Assembly (NCBI GenBank): GCA_002633005.1
Contig: NMRA01000283.1
Coordinates: 284,351 to 348,350, forward strand
Origin: Phoronis australis
Lineage: Eukaryota > Animalia > Phoronida
Length of the DNA stretch: 64,000 nt
Direction of reading: 5' to 3'
Shown: positions 1-13,812 of the stretch, one piece after another
Layout: the number at the start of each line of letters is the position of its first letter
Position numbering within the stretch: the first letter of the stretch is position 1
Program-made: the position numbers and the translations under genes
Notes under the pieces: generated by a model
What the model was told of the DNA's origin: nothing
The model's database searches: none
Seen by the model: the letters and a program-made list of their open reading frames with translations, nothing else

Positions 1-1110
1 AAAAAACGCTACTTGATTGCACGCTAACACAGGACAGTGACTTTGCCCCCGCCAAATACGTCACGAGACTAAGCAGCGCTCCAAGCCGGTAATTTTTTGA
101 GCTTCGTTAGAGAACATAAGTTTAATTTTTGGTGTTGAATTATTTGTGAAATTAATCAACAATTCATAGAAAACTATCCAGAATTTATTCAGGATAAAAT
201 ACAGTTCCTTTTTAGGTTACGATCTGCAACCTTATTCACAAAAATTGGCTATTTTTACAATATTTCACTTGTGTCTAGCAAAATACCTTATCTTCATTCT
301 GGGGGAGCTTCAAACACAAAATATATGCAGTGTAGCGAGACAAAAAAGATTTAGCAGAACCACCTTAGAGCCGCACAACCGCGTGGATATTTGTTTACTA
401 CTTATCCAAGGTCAAGGGTTAAAGGGCTTTCAAATAAATCGAATCTCCCGCCAGGTACAAAACAGCTTCGTATACCCTAAGTCCTTACGTTCACAAAGTC
501 GCCATAACATTGAGCCAACGAGGTCTACGGGGAAAACGAAGACAAAACGTAGTTTTGATCCTTAGGGAGTTGTGGGTCTACATGTATACGACCGTTGGCG
601 TTGAAAACGAATGCTACGAGTCGCCTCAGGCCTCTGTGGTCATGAACACAGAAAGTTGTGAAAAGAGATAAATCCTCACCCTAATTCCTCAGGTCAATTA
701 ATATGTTGACATTTCGATGTTTCAATCTCATCCTAACGACATACTTTAACCACCGATTCGATTTTTGTAATCCATTTCTTATTTGGTTTCGAATCAGCCT
801 CCCAGCACGCGACGTGAACAGGCTATGAACTGTGGCCTCCTTAGAAAGTAGGGCATAAACAACAGCAAAAGTTGGCTGGGAACAATACGTCTATTGGGGG
901 TTTTAATGATAATTAAGTTAGTTACGCAATGCAAAATCAATTGCCAGTGCGAGTGAACGTTGAAATAGCTAACATAGTTAAGGATTGTATATGTTATGTG
1001 TACCGAAAACAAGTTTTCACCGAAAAATTAACCGAAGACTTTGGGATTTTCACTTGTCCCAGTTTAATCTGCTTTTTCTCGGCTTCGGCAAATCGAATTT
1101 ATTTGAACTT

Positions 1111-1426
1111 AGGAACACTAGTTTTCAAAAACGGTTATATGGATTTTGCTGAAACTTTCCAAATTTAATATTTAGTCATCAATCTCAAAAACGCTATTAG
1201 GATTTTTTATATAAAGGCCTAGTTTTTGCGTAATGTGACAGAGACGAATACGACTTCAATTTTTTACAAAAATACCTTACGTTTTGCGAGTTGATTTGTC
1301 ATAGAAACCAAAGGAACGGACTAATCGAAAATTCCTAACAGCGTGTATGAGGTAACTGGTGAAGTTTATATTTAAAAAAGGTTTCATTAAAATCGACCGA
1401 ACCGTTATTTTGCTATGAGTGTACCT
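1111..1426. repeat. Imperfect inverted repeat (~100-bp arms), probably internal to a non-autonomous DNA transposon
   Basis: Arm 1111-1210 (aggaacact...aacggttatatggattttgctgaaac...acgctattaggatttt) matches the reverse complement of 1324-1426 (aggtacact...aacggttcggtcgattttaatgaaac...acgctgttaggaattt). Confidence 0.6.
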
Positions 1427-4342
1427 TTCTTAAAACGGAAATTTTGACTTAAAAAGGTTTTTACGTAAAAATAATGGCACATAAATACAAAAAATATATT
1501 TATATTTCCTGTTTTTTTTTCTTTCAGAAAATAAATACTTTTACTTTTACTATTTGACAAAGCTTAGTTTTTTTGATATACGAGTTAGAATAGAGACCAT
1601 TAAATAAGGTTGAAGGTAACCTTAACATACTGTAGGAACCAAATTTACAGGTTTTACCGTTCAAGACAGTCTTTAATGAATAAGCGTTATGTAGAGTTTA
1701 AAGTTTTATCTTAAAAAGGAATTATGTTAGGGGATAACCGCTATGCAAAAGGGCGACTTTCATGGAAGTTCCTGACAAGGGAAATGGGTCCCTTTTGATC
1801 GCAATACTTCTGTAAAAGGATTCCGTCTTTATAAAGACGACTCTCTGATAGGGTAGTTGTTCCAGTCGTCCAGGAGTAAAATAGTGGAGTGCTTAAATTT
1901 GCGTTGTAGCAAGAAAATTACGTCACTGTCGCAAAACGCTCCCAAATTTGAACACTGCGAAGCTCGTACAAACAGAATCATGTGGTTCCATATTTATGTG
2001 CCGATCACATTTCTTACGGCACGTTTAACAAATTGGCTCCGTAAAGCAATTACATGCACATAAAAAGAGTGTTAGCAAATACGCAGTTCCAATGTTTCGG
2101 TAAATGCCCCAGTTTGCTCACATATTTGCACGTAAGGAACAAGCTGATACTAAAATGTTATAACTGAATAAGTAGTCTCAATCAAAAAGATTCGTTTTTT
2201 ACTGAAGGCAGAGTTTTTACATACGTTTTGTGCAAAACACCTCGCCCTAATGAAATGCATATCGTGGACCGGCGACAGCGCATAGTGATGTCGACTTGTA
2301 ACCTGGATAGACATAAAAAATTGGTAAGATTTTAAGTTAACCCTAGATACACGTGAAGAGGACACAAATTCCATCCATATCTATAAATTCATACAAACTT
2401 TGCAAACGTCCGATACGGATACACCGTCTCCGGTGCAGCCGACGGTGGTGAAACCATTGCAGTACTGTAAAATATGTCGTCAAAAGATTATAGATATTTT
2501 GCAAAATATGGGTGCCTAAAGTTTGAAAGAAGGTTATCAATTAGATACACCAGCGTTCGACAATTGATTCTGATTAATATACCGACCTGTATTTTGCGAA
2601 ATACCAACGATAAACAATCATAGGCCATGACAAATATGACGATGGAAAATAAATGTGCAGTTTCTCTCTCCATGGTCTCCAAAGAAAATTTTTCACCCTT
2701 TCAAAACTGTATTGCAAAAAATAAAAGTTCCACTTTGCCATTTTTGTGCGGCATTGTCTGTCCAGCACTTATTCACACCATAGATACTTGTTAAGAGATT
2801 CGCAACTCCGTCATATCTCGCGGCCTATCGCGAACTACGTGAGGTGGATTCATAACTTCCGGTGTCTTAGTTTCATGTAGCAACGAAAGTAAACGTTCGT
2901 TTTTATTTCGCGCATTTCGAACAAATTTTTGAAATTAACTTGCTGTGCCTATGCTCACACGAGGTCGACTCAAGAACACTGACCTCTAGCGACAACACTA
3001 CCTAACACCCCAGTCGCGGACACCACAATATAAGATTCATACAAGTTTTCTCAAGAACTTAAATTCTAAAACTCCACTGATTATAACACATTATAGGCGT
3101 ACATAGTCATCACACTGCACAAGTCGGGCAATTGACAACGAAAATGGTAATGCAGAATGAATTTGGTACAAGGGACCAAGGAAAAGGCCGGTCCTAGAGG
3201 AAGCGGAAACTGAATGTTGCTGACCTCGGTGATCGATCCGGTTCCTTAAGTAATTACCAGTAATTCAGTGTTTTTGTAATTTCTGAACTTGCCAATCAAA
3301 TGAAACCCTGTCAAATTCGTTGTTGGTTTTCACTGCTGCCTAGTTCATACCTCGGAGCACTTAACCATTTGATTTGCGATCCTATCACTCTCCGTGATTT
3401 CTTTTTTGGCCAAAAATTTTAGTGAATACAAGGGCACGCGGCTTTGAGAATTTTTTGTACCCTGACCAAAGATGACGATTGGTTTTGAAGTATAGCATAC
3501 GTACAAAGCATTCTGCTTAATGTAAATTTACATTTTGCTGACTGCCAAACGTGGGTGTAGGAACTTAAGCATCTGTACAGTTTCCCAGGACTATTTGACA
3601 CTGTTCATCTTGGGGAAACCACGCTAACCCTGGAAAACATAATCGTGGTTCCGGAAGTCCACGAAGTTGTTGTTTTGCGAAATCATTTCCGAACATTCCC
3701 AAATGGACGAATATGAGAGAAGGTCTGTTTGCGGAACAGTTCCGTCATAACGACAGCAATAGAAAAATAGAGACAAGAAAGAGATTCAGTGAGTGTTTTA
3801 ACTATAGAGTATCGTACTTTTTGTCACTGTGATTAACAAATGAAACCGCAATGTGTTTTCCATTAAGTGCATTGAAATTTGCCGTTTTTTAATTTTGAAA
3901 ATGAACGTTAAAAAATAACAAAAGGAGCAGCAGGTCAATAACGTTAATGAACAGTGACAAGACTATGTACAACGACTGTAATAATAAACCCTTCATTTTA
4001 GTATTTCGTGCTTTTCAACTTTTCTGTAATCATAGATCTCAACAACCGCACATTCAAGGTTTGCGATTTGTATACGTTACGCAAAGCTTTACCTACCGGA
4101 AAAAAACTCAAATCTAGGCCGCTTGCCCTTGCTATAAACCTAGAGGAATTGAAATGTCAACTCCTGCGAGACCTCCCCCGAGCCCGGAGTCAATAATTGT
4201 TTCATTATATGTTCTCGTCCGACCAGTAATTCGAGGAAGGAGGCTGTTGGGCTTTCGATCATACGTTGTAAGCAAAACGCTTTGGAGAGCTTTCGAAAAA
4301 AAACAGGAGATGCTCGGAATGGACAAATGACAAGTAATTACA

Positions 4343-4510
4343 TTTTGGGGTCAAACAACGGTCATTTTTAATGCAAGTCCGCGCAAATGACGTATATTGA
4401 AAACCAGTAAACATTTTAGCCGTTGAAAAAAGACTAGCCTGGTGGTGTGAACTTTGATGCCTTGATGGAAGTTTGCGTTCACATGGTGGTTTCTGTTTTG
4501 CGGTTATTTA
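4343..4510 (+). repeat. Dispersed repeat family A, copy 1
   Basis: ttttggggtcaaacaacggtcatttttaa...cattttagccgttgaaaa...gatgccttgatggaagtttgcgttcacatggtggtt aligns by eye to 22682-22940. Confidence 0.7.
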
Positions 4511-5654
4511 AAAACAAATGTGGCGTTTTGATCCTAATGAAATAAAAAGGCTTAAGTAATGTTCCATTTCGGTCACTTGTTAGTGGCGTAGTGGCAAACT
4601 CGAAGCCTGTGAGTTGAAAGATAAAGGGTGCTATTCTGCAAGCAAAGGTTGTGAAACAGACTTTGAAATGACATCACCATTCAGTATGGGTGAATATTGC
4701 GATTTATTGACTGTGCAATACATATATGGGTGGTGTTATTAGTCTAGGAGGCTGTGCCTAGTATTTTCGCGAGGCTAATAACACCAACAATGTTAAAACG
4801 TGTGTAATTCAACATTTTGTAACTTCACGCGCAGGAATACTTTCCATGAAAAGTTCGTCCACATAAATTATCTAAGTCGAAAGAAAACAACAGAACAGAA
4901 TACGTCCATAAATTTCTCGAGTTTTGAACTAGCAGATAAAGGCAAGAACAAGATAATCTTCTGTTTAATACTCGTGGAACTGTTTTTTGGCGACTGAATT
5001 TAGCTGTAAACAGGTCAACGCTATCACAAGCCACGCGGCAAATGGTCTAACGCCCGCACAGTAGAGGCCTGTGTAATTCCCTCAAAAATGAAAGGTTGTG
5101 TTTGACGTCATTTTGTGAACTAGATGAGAAGTGGTTTCCACAAATGGTATTCAGTAGTTCCCTGAAGTTGTTTTGGATAAATTGATTCCAAAAATTTTGC
5201 CTGTGCTCTTGTCTACTAGGATACGGAAATGCCGCCATTTTGAGAGCACATATTTATTGAGTCTTGAACACTTGGCGCGAACCCAGGTACCTTTCATACA
5301 AGTGTAAACTGTCAAATATCCGGTTGGTAATGACATTTTTAACCTGAATTTCCGGAATCCTAAGTGAAAGAGCAGAGCGGAGAGAGATAGTAGACGATGT
5401 TGATGAAATTGAAGTAAAGCGATATTTGCATTTACATTTTGTGGAAATTTACTTAGCCGTTTTATTTTGATTTGTTAGAAAGCATACTTTTGTTTGTATC
5501 TAACCTGGTTAACGAGTACTGTCGCCTTCCCAATGATGCGTTCGCCGAACGCGACCTTGATTTCATTCGTGACTTTCGTTGATCAAAAACTTACCGGATT
5601 ATTCTTGCTTCACATTGCGTTGTTTTACTCAATTACTGTGAAGTATGATTGCTA

Positions 5655-5703
5655 TGTGTGTGTGTGTGCGTGCGCGCGCGCGCGCGCGCGCGTGTGTGTG
5701 TGT
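5655..5703. repeat. Compound (TG)n-(CG)n-(TG)n microsatellite
   Basis: tgtgtgtgtgtgtgcgtgcgcgcgcgcgcgcgcgcgcgtgtgtgtgtgt is read directly; it is an uninterrupted purine-pyrimidine alternation. Confidence 0.95.
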
Positions 5704-6255
5704 TAGCTTACTTTCGATTCTTTTTTAAGTTTATCAAGTCGGTAAAGGTAGCATTTTCTATTGGTTAGCTTTTGACCCAGATAAGTGTCCGAAACAGTCA
5801 TCCAGTGCAGAGAAAGTAGACCCTAGCACGAGACTTTATTAATTTTGTTAGTAGTTATTTGTCAGTAAACCAGTTATTTCAGGTCTTGCACGTGTGTTTA
5901 TGTGTGGTATAATGGTTTATAATTTCATAATCTGTCCAGATCATAAAATAATTATTCCGTGTATCCGCTAGAGTGAGTTTTAATCGATTGTTGTTGTTAT
6001 CAAATCGAGCCTAATTTCATTGCTTTTCTTTTGAAAATCGTAATTTGGATTTTGATCATTAATTCTTACAGATATTTTCAGTTATTCCTAATTGATTCAG
6101 TTATATTGGATCATTGGCCTCTGTTCTTAGATTAATTTAAGTGTCAGAATCTTCTAAGAGACTGATCATTGAACAGTCTATTATTATGCCATCTTTGATA
6201 AAAAGGGAGTTGTTCGCACGACACTCGCTTTGTCGACCAAACAGTGTCATTAGTA

Positions 6256-6506
6256 CATGCGCGCACCCAGTCTTCAATATGGGGGATCGAATTTTTGACG
6301 TTGTGGACCTTTTGGTAACAAAAAGGCCAGCGACTAAAAGAAAAAAAAACGGGGGCACCACTGTGAATTGCGTGTTTGTGCTTGTTTAGTGGACTTTTGT
6401 CTCATTTTCTCGGACTTTTTGTTTCTCAGGTGGACCTTTTTGCCTACTTCGCCAAATGGGGGGCTCGTTGGAGCCCCCCGAGCCCCCCTCAGTGGGTGCG
6501 CGCATG
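6256..6506. mobile_element. MITE (251 bp) with 14-bp perfect TIR
   Basis: CATGCGCGCACCCA at the left end and TGGGTGCGCGCATG at the right end. TAGTA flanks both sides (6251-6255, 6507-6511). Subterminal G/C runs. Confidence 0.8.
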
Positions 6507-7776
6507 TAGTAGGATTTTTGATAACCTTATACAACGTACATGCCTTACTGATTTTCACAAAATACAATCGTAAACAGAGATTTCTGCAATTTCATGTACA
6601 GCGTCTAAGTTTAGCTGAATAACATCAACAAGCTACATCACTGATATGAACCAGAATGCATACCATCACAAATTAATTCCGAAAATTTCTTGGGGGACTG
6701 CCGTCGAACCGCCTGGGATGTCCCGCTCTCACGGTATAGGTATGTGTTCTGCACCCATCTCTTCGTGAAGTACTTAAACATTCTATACTGTACTTACTTG
6801 TACTGTGAATTACGAATGTGCAGTTTTAAGCCACATCTGCCGAGTTGAAAACGACATGAAACTGTATGTAAACCACTTAAGTATTCTCAGGCTAAAAGCT
6901 GGATTACCTATATCCCTGACAACTCGAACGACTCGGCTGTCCTAATAATTACGCCGTCTAGAGTGTACTTCTAAACACGACCCAATAATCGGTCCATTTG
7001 AATCCATGGTGAGATTTACAAACTGAACGTTCATTGTAGGCTGCAGTGTAAGTGACTATTTACAAAGAATTTTTTATGTGCTTCATGACCCAACAGTTCT
7101 GCGGTCCGTGGTTTAACTTCAGTGCCAATGGTAGCCAGTGGCAGTGCTTCGTTATTATATAAAATACCTTTTGGGTGGAGCATGGAATTACTTTTCCTCG
7201 ACAGTGCTCATATTTGTTATCATCAGAATTCTACAGGCCCACGACTCATAAGATTTCTACAGATTTTCTAGGCCTTCAGAGCAACTTAGATTTTCCGTCG
7301 TTTCTGTTAACGTTTAATGGTCTTTGTATTTTTGCAACTGCGCACGCGTTATAGCAATATATGCTCTGAATTAGCATCCCGAACTAATAAATCATAGAAG
7401 AACTTGCTTCCTTATGTAGTGTTAAAAACGTGATTTGGCATGTGTTGAAAGTTAATAACTTCCTGAACTTATTGTTGTACAAAAGGACCGGCTAAACTGG
7501 CGTAAAGAGGCATTTTAGCCGAAACTCGGCTTATGTGCCTTTAACAACCGGCAGTTAAAAAAATGCGCACAGTGCCCGCTGTATTGTGTTGCAATGCGAT
7601 GGCTCAGTGTATTCCACACAGGTTGCTATTATGATATCCTTAATTACTTGACTAATTAGTTATTTACCTAAGCACCCAATTAGCACATGTAGGGTTTCAA
7701 AATAACACGCTTTGTTCAACAAGAGTTCATCTAGGGCTTTCTAATAATGTGATACTTATGCAATTCGGTTAAAAAA

Positions 7777-7824
7777 GGACGGAGACAAAAGGGCGGAGTT
7801 ACAAAAGGGCGGACTTACAAAGGG
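7777..7824 (+). repeat. Short tandem repeat (~3 x 15-16 bp) containing GGGCGG boxes
   Basis: ggacggagacaaaa/gggcggagttacaaaa/gggcggacttacaaaggg. Confidence 0.6.
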
Positions 7825-9329
7825 TTTTGGTGAAAATAAGTATAAGTACCCAAAGAAAACATCCGTTTTCCCTCTTAGTCTTGCGTTAAAAATGTTTTTC
7901 GTATTATCGGTCGTGGGCTGATGCTCATGATATAATATTAAAGCTCGGGTGATACTTGATCATGTGAATGCATTTTTGACGAGATTGTCAAGTTTTTGTA
8001 ACTCGTCTAGACGACAACGTGACGCTTATCAGCTAGGCATGGAAGTACCCACGACCCGCTCCCCGATGCGCATGTTCTAGCCCAGTAGATTTCAAAATAT
8101 TCCAAACTTATCGATGAAATTTGTTCTTACGATGATAACACATCTGAACTCAAGTCAATCGTACCAAACAAAAATTCCACGCTGGGTCCTACTACATAGA
8201 GAGAAACAACACCAGAACAAAGGGATGTAATCAACTATCCACGCATGCGCATCGCAACCCTCAGTCGCTCATTCTAGTTCCTTCTGTACCGTGTTATTTC
8301 AAAATCGGTTTCGCCTTTATTCACGTTGCCGCGAAGATCGCCCAGAGCACTTACAAATAAAAAAATATTGAAAAATCAAAAGGGGTCGACCAACGTCCCT
8401 AAATTTAACTAGCTCAATTTACTTGATTCCATCTGTAATGTTGAAAACCGTGTGACCATGGCAAAGATTTATGACCGGTTAATAAGCTTAATGGGAATGC
8501 ATCTTTGCTACATAGTGTCTTTCATAACGTAGCTTGTCAGTTTAAACACATGCGAGGTCGAAAATCTCAGTTGGTATCAAAGAGATTCTATGTCTTATGC
8601 AACTTATCAGCAACAAGGCTTTTCAAGAATACAGGGGTTAATGAAAGAATTGTACGCCAAAGTTGTATGCAAAATTTAGATGCAGCTTCACGGTAAATAA
8701 TTGATAACCACATCGGACTCAGTAGCTTAAAACGTCACTCGATAGTTGTGGATGGAGTCGAGATTAATTGCAGCTCGTGACTAGTCTGTTTTTCACGTTC
8801 TATGCCCTTATTTCCACTAGTTTGCCTCAGTGAATACAAACGCATACGCAGGGTTTATATAACCCTAGCGAAAAATGCTCTTGTGGCGAGATGCAGATTG
8901 TTTCTTCGGATTGTTTCTCTGCTGCAAAATTGGTTTATCTTAATTTGAATTAACGATTTTTAATTCAACGTTGTGGCTGCAGTAGATACAATAGGAAACG
9001 TTCACAGGTCTTCAGGTCATAATGTTTTACCTAAAAGTCGAGCAATACATGTATGTTGTCACCGTCTAATGATTCCAATTTAAAGATAAATATTGTTTTT
9101 CAATCAAAGAGGAATTAACGTAAGAAGCTTCTCATAAGACTTCACTGAATCATTTATTTGCGCAAAAATGTTATTGCAAACATTGCAGATGTTATTGTAT
9201 TTTTTAATACTCAGCCAACCCTAGTTCTGATAAGAAGTGGGTTAAATTACCTTCAGCGGCGAAGTTTGCTAAGTTCCAGAAAACAGGTTTGTTTCTTAGT
9301 TGCATAGTCTGAAAATAAAATTTGGTGTC

Positions 9330-9503
9330 GCCATTGTTCAATTGTAAATGCTTGCGAGATTTCTTTGAACATGTTGGACATATCTCTTGGCATCGCTCCC
9401 GTACACCTCGCGTTACGGTGTCAAGTAGGTAACCATATGTATCAGCTTGTCGATGGCGACGTGCGGTCAACGCACTATTAAAGCTTTCTTTGCTGCAATA
9501 CAT
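9330..9503 (-). pseudogene. Possible integrase-type zinc-binding (H2C2-like) remnant, Ginger/Gypsy-like
   Basis: Translation HRQADTYGYLLDTVTRGVRERCQEICPTCSKK resembles H-x-G-x-x-x-T-Y...TR..V...CxxC. No catalytic core follows. Confidence 0.25.
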
Positions 9504-12500
9504 TGATGAATGGAGTAACCTTCACTTACACTATCTTTGACAAAGAAGATCTGGTGTTTTATTCCGTTGCTCTTGTTAACATTCAAAAGGGAAATCCTCT
9601 AGTTACACCCCTTTTCTTTGGAAGGCTTATGGTGTAGAAACCATGAAGATTATTCGTTTAATTGATGTTTTGACTCGTCTCCGTAAAGGAAGTGCGAGAT
9701 CCCAGATTCGAGAAAGATAGGCGGGGTGATCGATCAAAGAAGAGAGATGTAACACGTCGCCTGCGTCACTTTAAAACAATAGCCAACAGGAGATAAAACA
9801 AACTTAAACGCGTATCTCTTATGTAAATGGCACGATTCCATTGTCGACTGCGCAGCTCGGTTCGACGCGTTCATTGTGATTTTTCACTGTTCGCTGCTAC
9901 TACGGAACTGTGTAGAGAACTATTCTGGTATCACACGTGCACGTATTAATTTTAAGCAGCTCTGGGGTACGTTAAACTTCAAAAACTTACATGTATTTAG
10001 CACACAACATGGCCGACAAGTGAAATTCTAACTTATTAATAAAATTTATCCTCAAAAAGTAAAGATTCAGAACATTTTAGTCTATTACAAGCATAGTTTG
10101 TTGTGTGTAGAAGTAATTAAACAATGTTTGATGAAACTGCGATTATCAGCTTTTGAAAAATAGAAAAATGTGCATTTTGACAACTATTTTTGTGCGCAAT
10201 AAGTGGAAAAATTAACGTTTTGACGAGAAGCTCATTTCCGGTCATTATTTACTGCGCAGACCCATTTATGTAGTCTCCGAATCCTACATGAAGTACTGTT
10301 CAGGGCTGAGTTGGTCAACTAACCATACTTGGGTTGGGATTGATGGCCCTTCTGTATATAATATTTTGTCAATCGATAGTTATTCCTGCCTTTTGAGTGC
10401 AGTATACTGAAAAAATAGAAAGCCCACCAAGTACAGAGACCTGTCAATAAATGTTGTTGTTTTTGATGTTTCTTTGCACTTGCAAGTTACATTCAATACT
10501 ATTAACAGTGTAATTTACTTGGCCATGTACTAATAATCTTACGACCAAGGACAAAGCTTATTTTTAGTAGTCACCAGACCTATAAATTTCATATTTAGGA
10601 CAAAATAGGGAAAGGACGTTTTGACAGCGTTCTTGTATCGAATCATATGAAATTGATCCCATACATATTGTAACGTATATTTTATTTTAGCAATCAAGTG
10701 GTATAAATCGCTTGAAAATTTCTATTACTGTGCTATCGTGTGTACCACTTCAGCGTCCACAGGAGGTGTATTGCCTGCTCAGGCGTTATTCTTTCGTGAA
10801 AATCGAGATCTCGCAAGACTTCACGAGACATCGCCATGCACGACAAGTGAAGCTAGTGATCATACTTCTTGTCCAGTTTTACTCGCGAGTAGCATGCGCG
10901 CCCCGAAACTACAACAATAATAAACAAAAATGCAACTAAATGTAAACACGAAAACCCCCGTAGAATCTCAAATGATCGTATATGCTTGTTTCAAGATCTG
11001 TAAATATGTATTCCAAGATCATATTCTAGCATCGCCTGAAAATCCAGTATGAAAAGAGCTAGGACTCCAATGCCCTCAGATTTTCGTAGTTTTGCTCGCG
11101 GTTTACTATTCGAGTTTTTCATCATCTTAGCACTTCACACGAAAAATAAATTCAACTACATCAGGGCATGAAAACGATCTCATGGCCGTACCACTAAATT
11201 ACAGCATTAGCCCCCTAAACCCAAATCCCAGACTAGTAACAAATGAACCCGGGTTTCAAATTCCGTTTCCGCCTCCCTAAACTCACCTTAAATACTCCAT
11301 ATCGTTGGACCAAACTCCAGTACCAGAACATGGCTACGGCATTTCTGTTTGGACCCCGGAATGGAGTTTGGTCACCTGGTGTGGAGTGCATGTTTGGAGC
11401 TTTTGGACGCTGTTGTGAAATGTATACCAAGGTTTGGTTTTTGTTGGTCCGGAACCGGAGTTTAAGGGATCGTGGCTGGTATTTGGAGGCGTAGCGGCCA
11501 TGGATTAGTTTCCATCTCTCGGGTTCATGTTTTGGTGTTTTATTCAAGGAGTGGAGTGGCTGTGAAATTCGAAAAAATATCGTCCAAGGTTGAATTTTGT
11601 TGAGCAAATTCAGCTGGCATGAATACAGCTTTTCCATGACAATGGATCTTACAAGGAAGTTTTGTTTTAGAAAATCAGTTGACCTGCGTTCCTGGTTTAT
11701 TTTTGAAATTAGCACTTCGTCACTCGCCTTATCTAAATCAGCTTCCTCACTGATACGTTCTTTCCGTTCCAATTTAGTTAGCTTGGAATTATCACCTACG
11801 AAACTGTACTCATTTCGTCTTAATTGGCAAGAATCCTAGAAAATGGAATATCGTTAGTTTTCGTTTGAATTACTGACCAAAATCAATGGTATTACTTACA
11901 ACTTGAGACACATTGGTAGAGACAACAGCTGGTACATCAGTCGCGAAATTAAAGACGCTTAAGACAAATAAACCATGGTCAGATGTTTATTTTAGTCACA
12001 TTATTACCACAGTATTCTCGTCGCTTTTAAATATCTTTGACGTAAGGAAACGTCATGAAGTTACAATGTTTTTGCATCAACTTCATCCCGCTGTTAGACG
12101 GATATTGCTCATCGTTATTGTACAAACATTGGCAAATTAATGCGCATATATCAACACGTAACTAAACTGGTGTGACTCCGCAATATAGACGGGTAATAAG
12201 TAGGATTAATTAGCACGTGAGTATGTCAGTTATGCTACGTAAAATAAAGTTCGGAAGAGTCCCCAAGGCTCTGCATCCTTCCTTCGAGCATTAGCATGTC
12301 TGCACGTGAGCTCGTTATTCCATGAATGCCCGGATGTTCCTTCTAAATACACGAGGGTAGAGTCCAATAACGCTACATGTGGCACTGAATAGTTAGGCTG
12401 CGGCCGCGGCCAATTTGCACTGCCAAAATATTAAAATTTTGGGGTAGGCCAAGTTTGGGGGCATTTTGTAGGTGGGCATTGCATGTAGGCTCAGTGAATG

Positions 12501-12529
12501 TGCTTTGTTTGTATTTGTGAACATGCTGA

Positions 12530-12810
12530 GAATGAAAAAGGCCACTTTCTCGGCTGTAGCTGCACTCCTCTTCAAGATGGTGTCCCCTTGTTGCAATTGT
12601 GCATTGCTGTGTAGCAACTGAGAAATTGACCGCGATTTCAGGTGGCGCTCAAACAAGCCACATTTGCAAAAAAAAACTAGTTGGTTGACAGTACTTTTGT
12701 ACCACATTTCTGGAATCGGTAGGAAATTTGCTTTCGCAATCTAATGTTGGCCTTAGTCGAGCATCGGCAGGGAAGTGGTGATTTTAGGGTGAAAAGTGCC
12801 GATTTTGCAT
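12530..12810 (-). pseudogene. Possible degenerate LTR-retrotransposon (Gypsy-like) integrase C-terminal region
   Basis: Frame-shifted peptides in the expected order: TFHPK (cf. YHPQSNG), KANIRLRKQI (cf. ERxNxTLK), LFERHLKS (cf. LFGRxLR), LQQGDTILKR (cf. GDxVLxR). Confidence 0.3.
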
Positions 12811-13042
12811 TTTTGCTCTTATTTTTCTTAGTTCAGCTTGGTTTCCACTGGGAGTTAAAGGGTCAAAAATACAAGAGAGTACAAAGTTTCTGTGCTCATC
12901 TGTAGGGCTTGTGATGTGAAATGACTCAAAACTTTTCTTTATTTGCATGCAGTTTTGACAGAGTGAAGAAAGGGTGAAGAGTCCATTGACGTGTGTTCTG
13001 ATAGACAAATCCCTATGAGAACAGTTCAAGGCCTCCTAAATA

Positions 13043-13155
13043 TAGGACTTCTCTACAAAGAAAGACTTCGCGAGATTACGTGAGATATTGTCCTGTATTT
13101 TAAATGAGATTCTGGCTACATTTTAGCTAGGTCCGAGATTAGGTCCTAGCGTTAC
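13043..13155 (+). mobile_element. Short dispersed element family D (MITE-like), copy 1
   Basis: Core aagacttcgcgagattacgtgagatattg..tgtattttaaa...tggctacatttt recurs inverted at 16772-16870 and direct at 58767-58865. Termini resemble (gc)taggacct...aggtcctagc. Confidence 0.65.
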
Positions 13156-13461
13156 AGAACTCTACTCAGGGCTAACATGCACTTGAGGAAATTGGTATTT
13201 GAGGTTAACCTCAACGTAGAATGGAATTGACGCTCAGCAGAAACAGCCTAACACTTTGGTGGAGGAGCCGTATTCCGAAATTGCCTCGATAGTATTTAAA
13301 GGAGAATGCCACGCGGTTTGATTAGTCTTCTTTTACAGTCTTAATCGGTCTTTTTCCACATCGCCTCTTATACAGTCGACCTTACCTTGCCGAGAGGTGT
13401 CGCGTTAACCTGTGAGGAAGGTGAGAAACGACGCTAGCGACGTCAGTGGTTCATATGCAGA

Positions 13462-13680
13462 GTGAATGCCGCTATATTGCGGTGCATCGTTCACGCTTGT
13501 CCGAACTATGAAGCTGTGAAGAAAGCGAGTACCGGTATATCGTTTTTTCAACTTCCTCGAGAGCCCAAAATGCTTAGAAAGTGGCTCGCGGAAGTTAAGA
13601 ATGAAAAGTACGCTGTTAATAGCAAATATGATGCCGTGAAACATCTCCTTGTCTGTGGCCGCGGTATTCGTCGACAGTGA
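13462..13680 (+). pseudogene. THAP zinc-finger domain (N-terminus of Kolobok transposase), truncated
   Basis: RCIVHACPN...ISFFQLPREPKMLRKWLAEVKN...HLLVCGR has the THAP C-x4-C, F-x-x-P, W and third Cys. It breaks where CxxHF is expected (~13662). Confidence 0.85.
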
Positions 13681-13812
13681 TTTCTCTGACGAATTCCGGC
13701 TTACCAAAGAATTATCCATACGTTCCGTTGCCTGTGCATGTTCACGGCGCATCTCTAATATTTCTTGATCAGTGTATTCCGGTTCGAACTGATAGCCTAT
13801 GAAACCTAACAA
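13660..13812 (-). pseudogene. N-terminus of KolX / P2X7-ballast-like accessory protein, truncated
   Basis: GYQFEPEYTDQEILEMRR...LSTNT. The YxFEPEY(S/T)xxE motif matches the paralogous remnant at 17750-17908, which continues into WCxxxxCxxMPTxxECLCC. Confidence 0.65.

Noticed and set aside
212-1625. TTAA element bounded by ggttac...caaccttatt-like inverted ends
   Set aside because: The match is short and gapped, and the left TTAA is absent.
2574-3640. Additional THAP-like fragments on the minus strand (about 2.7 and 3.6 kb)
   Set aside because: Only isolated FPxD or W residues appear in different frames, which is not distinguishable from chance.
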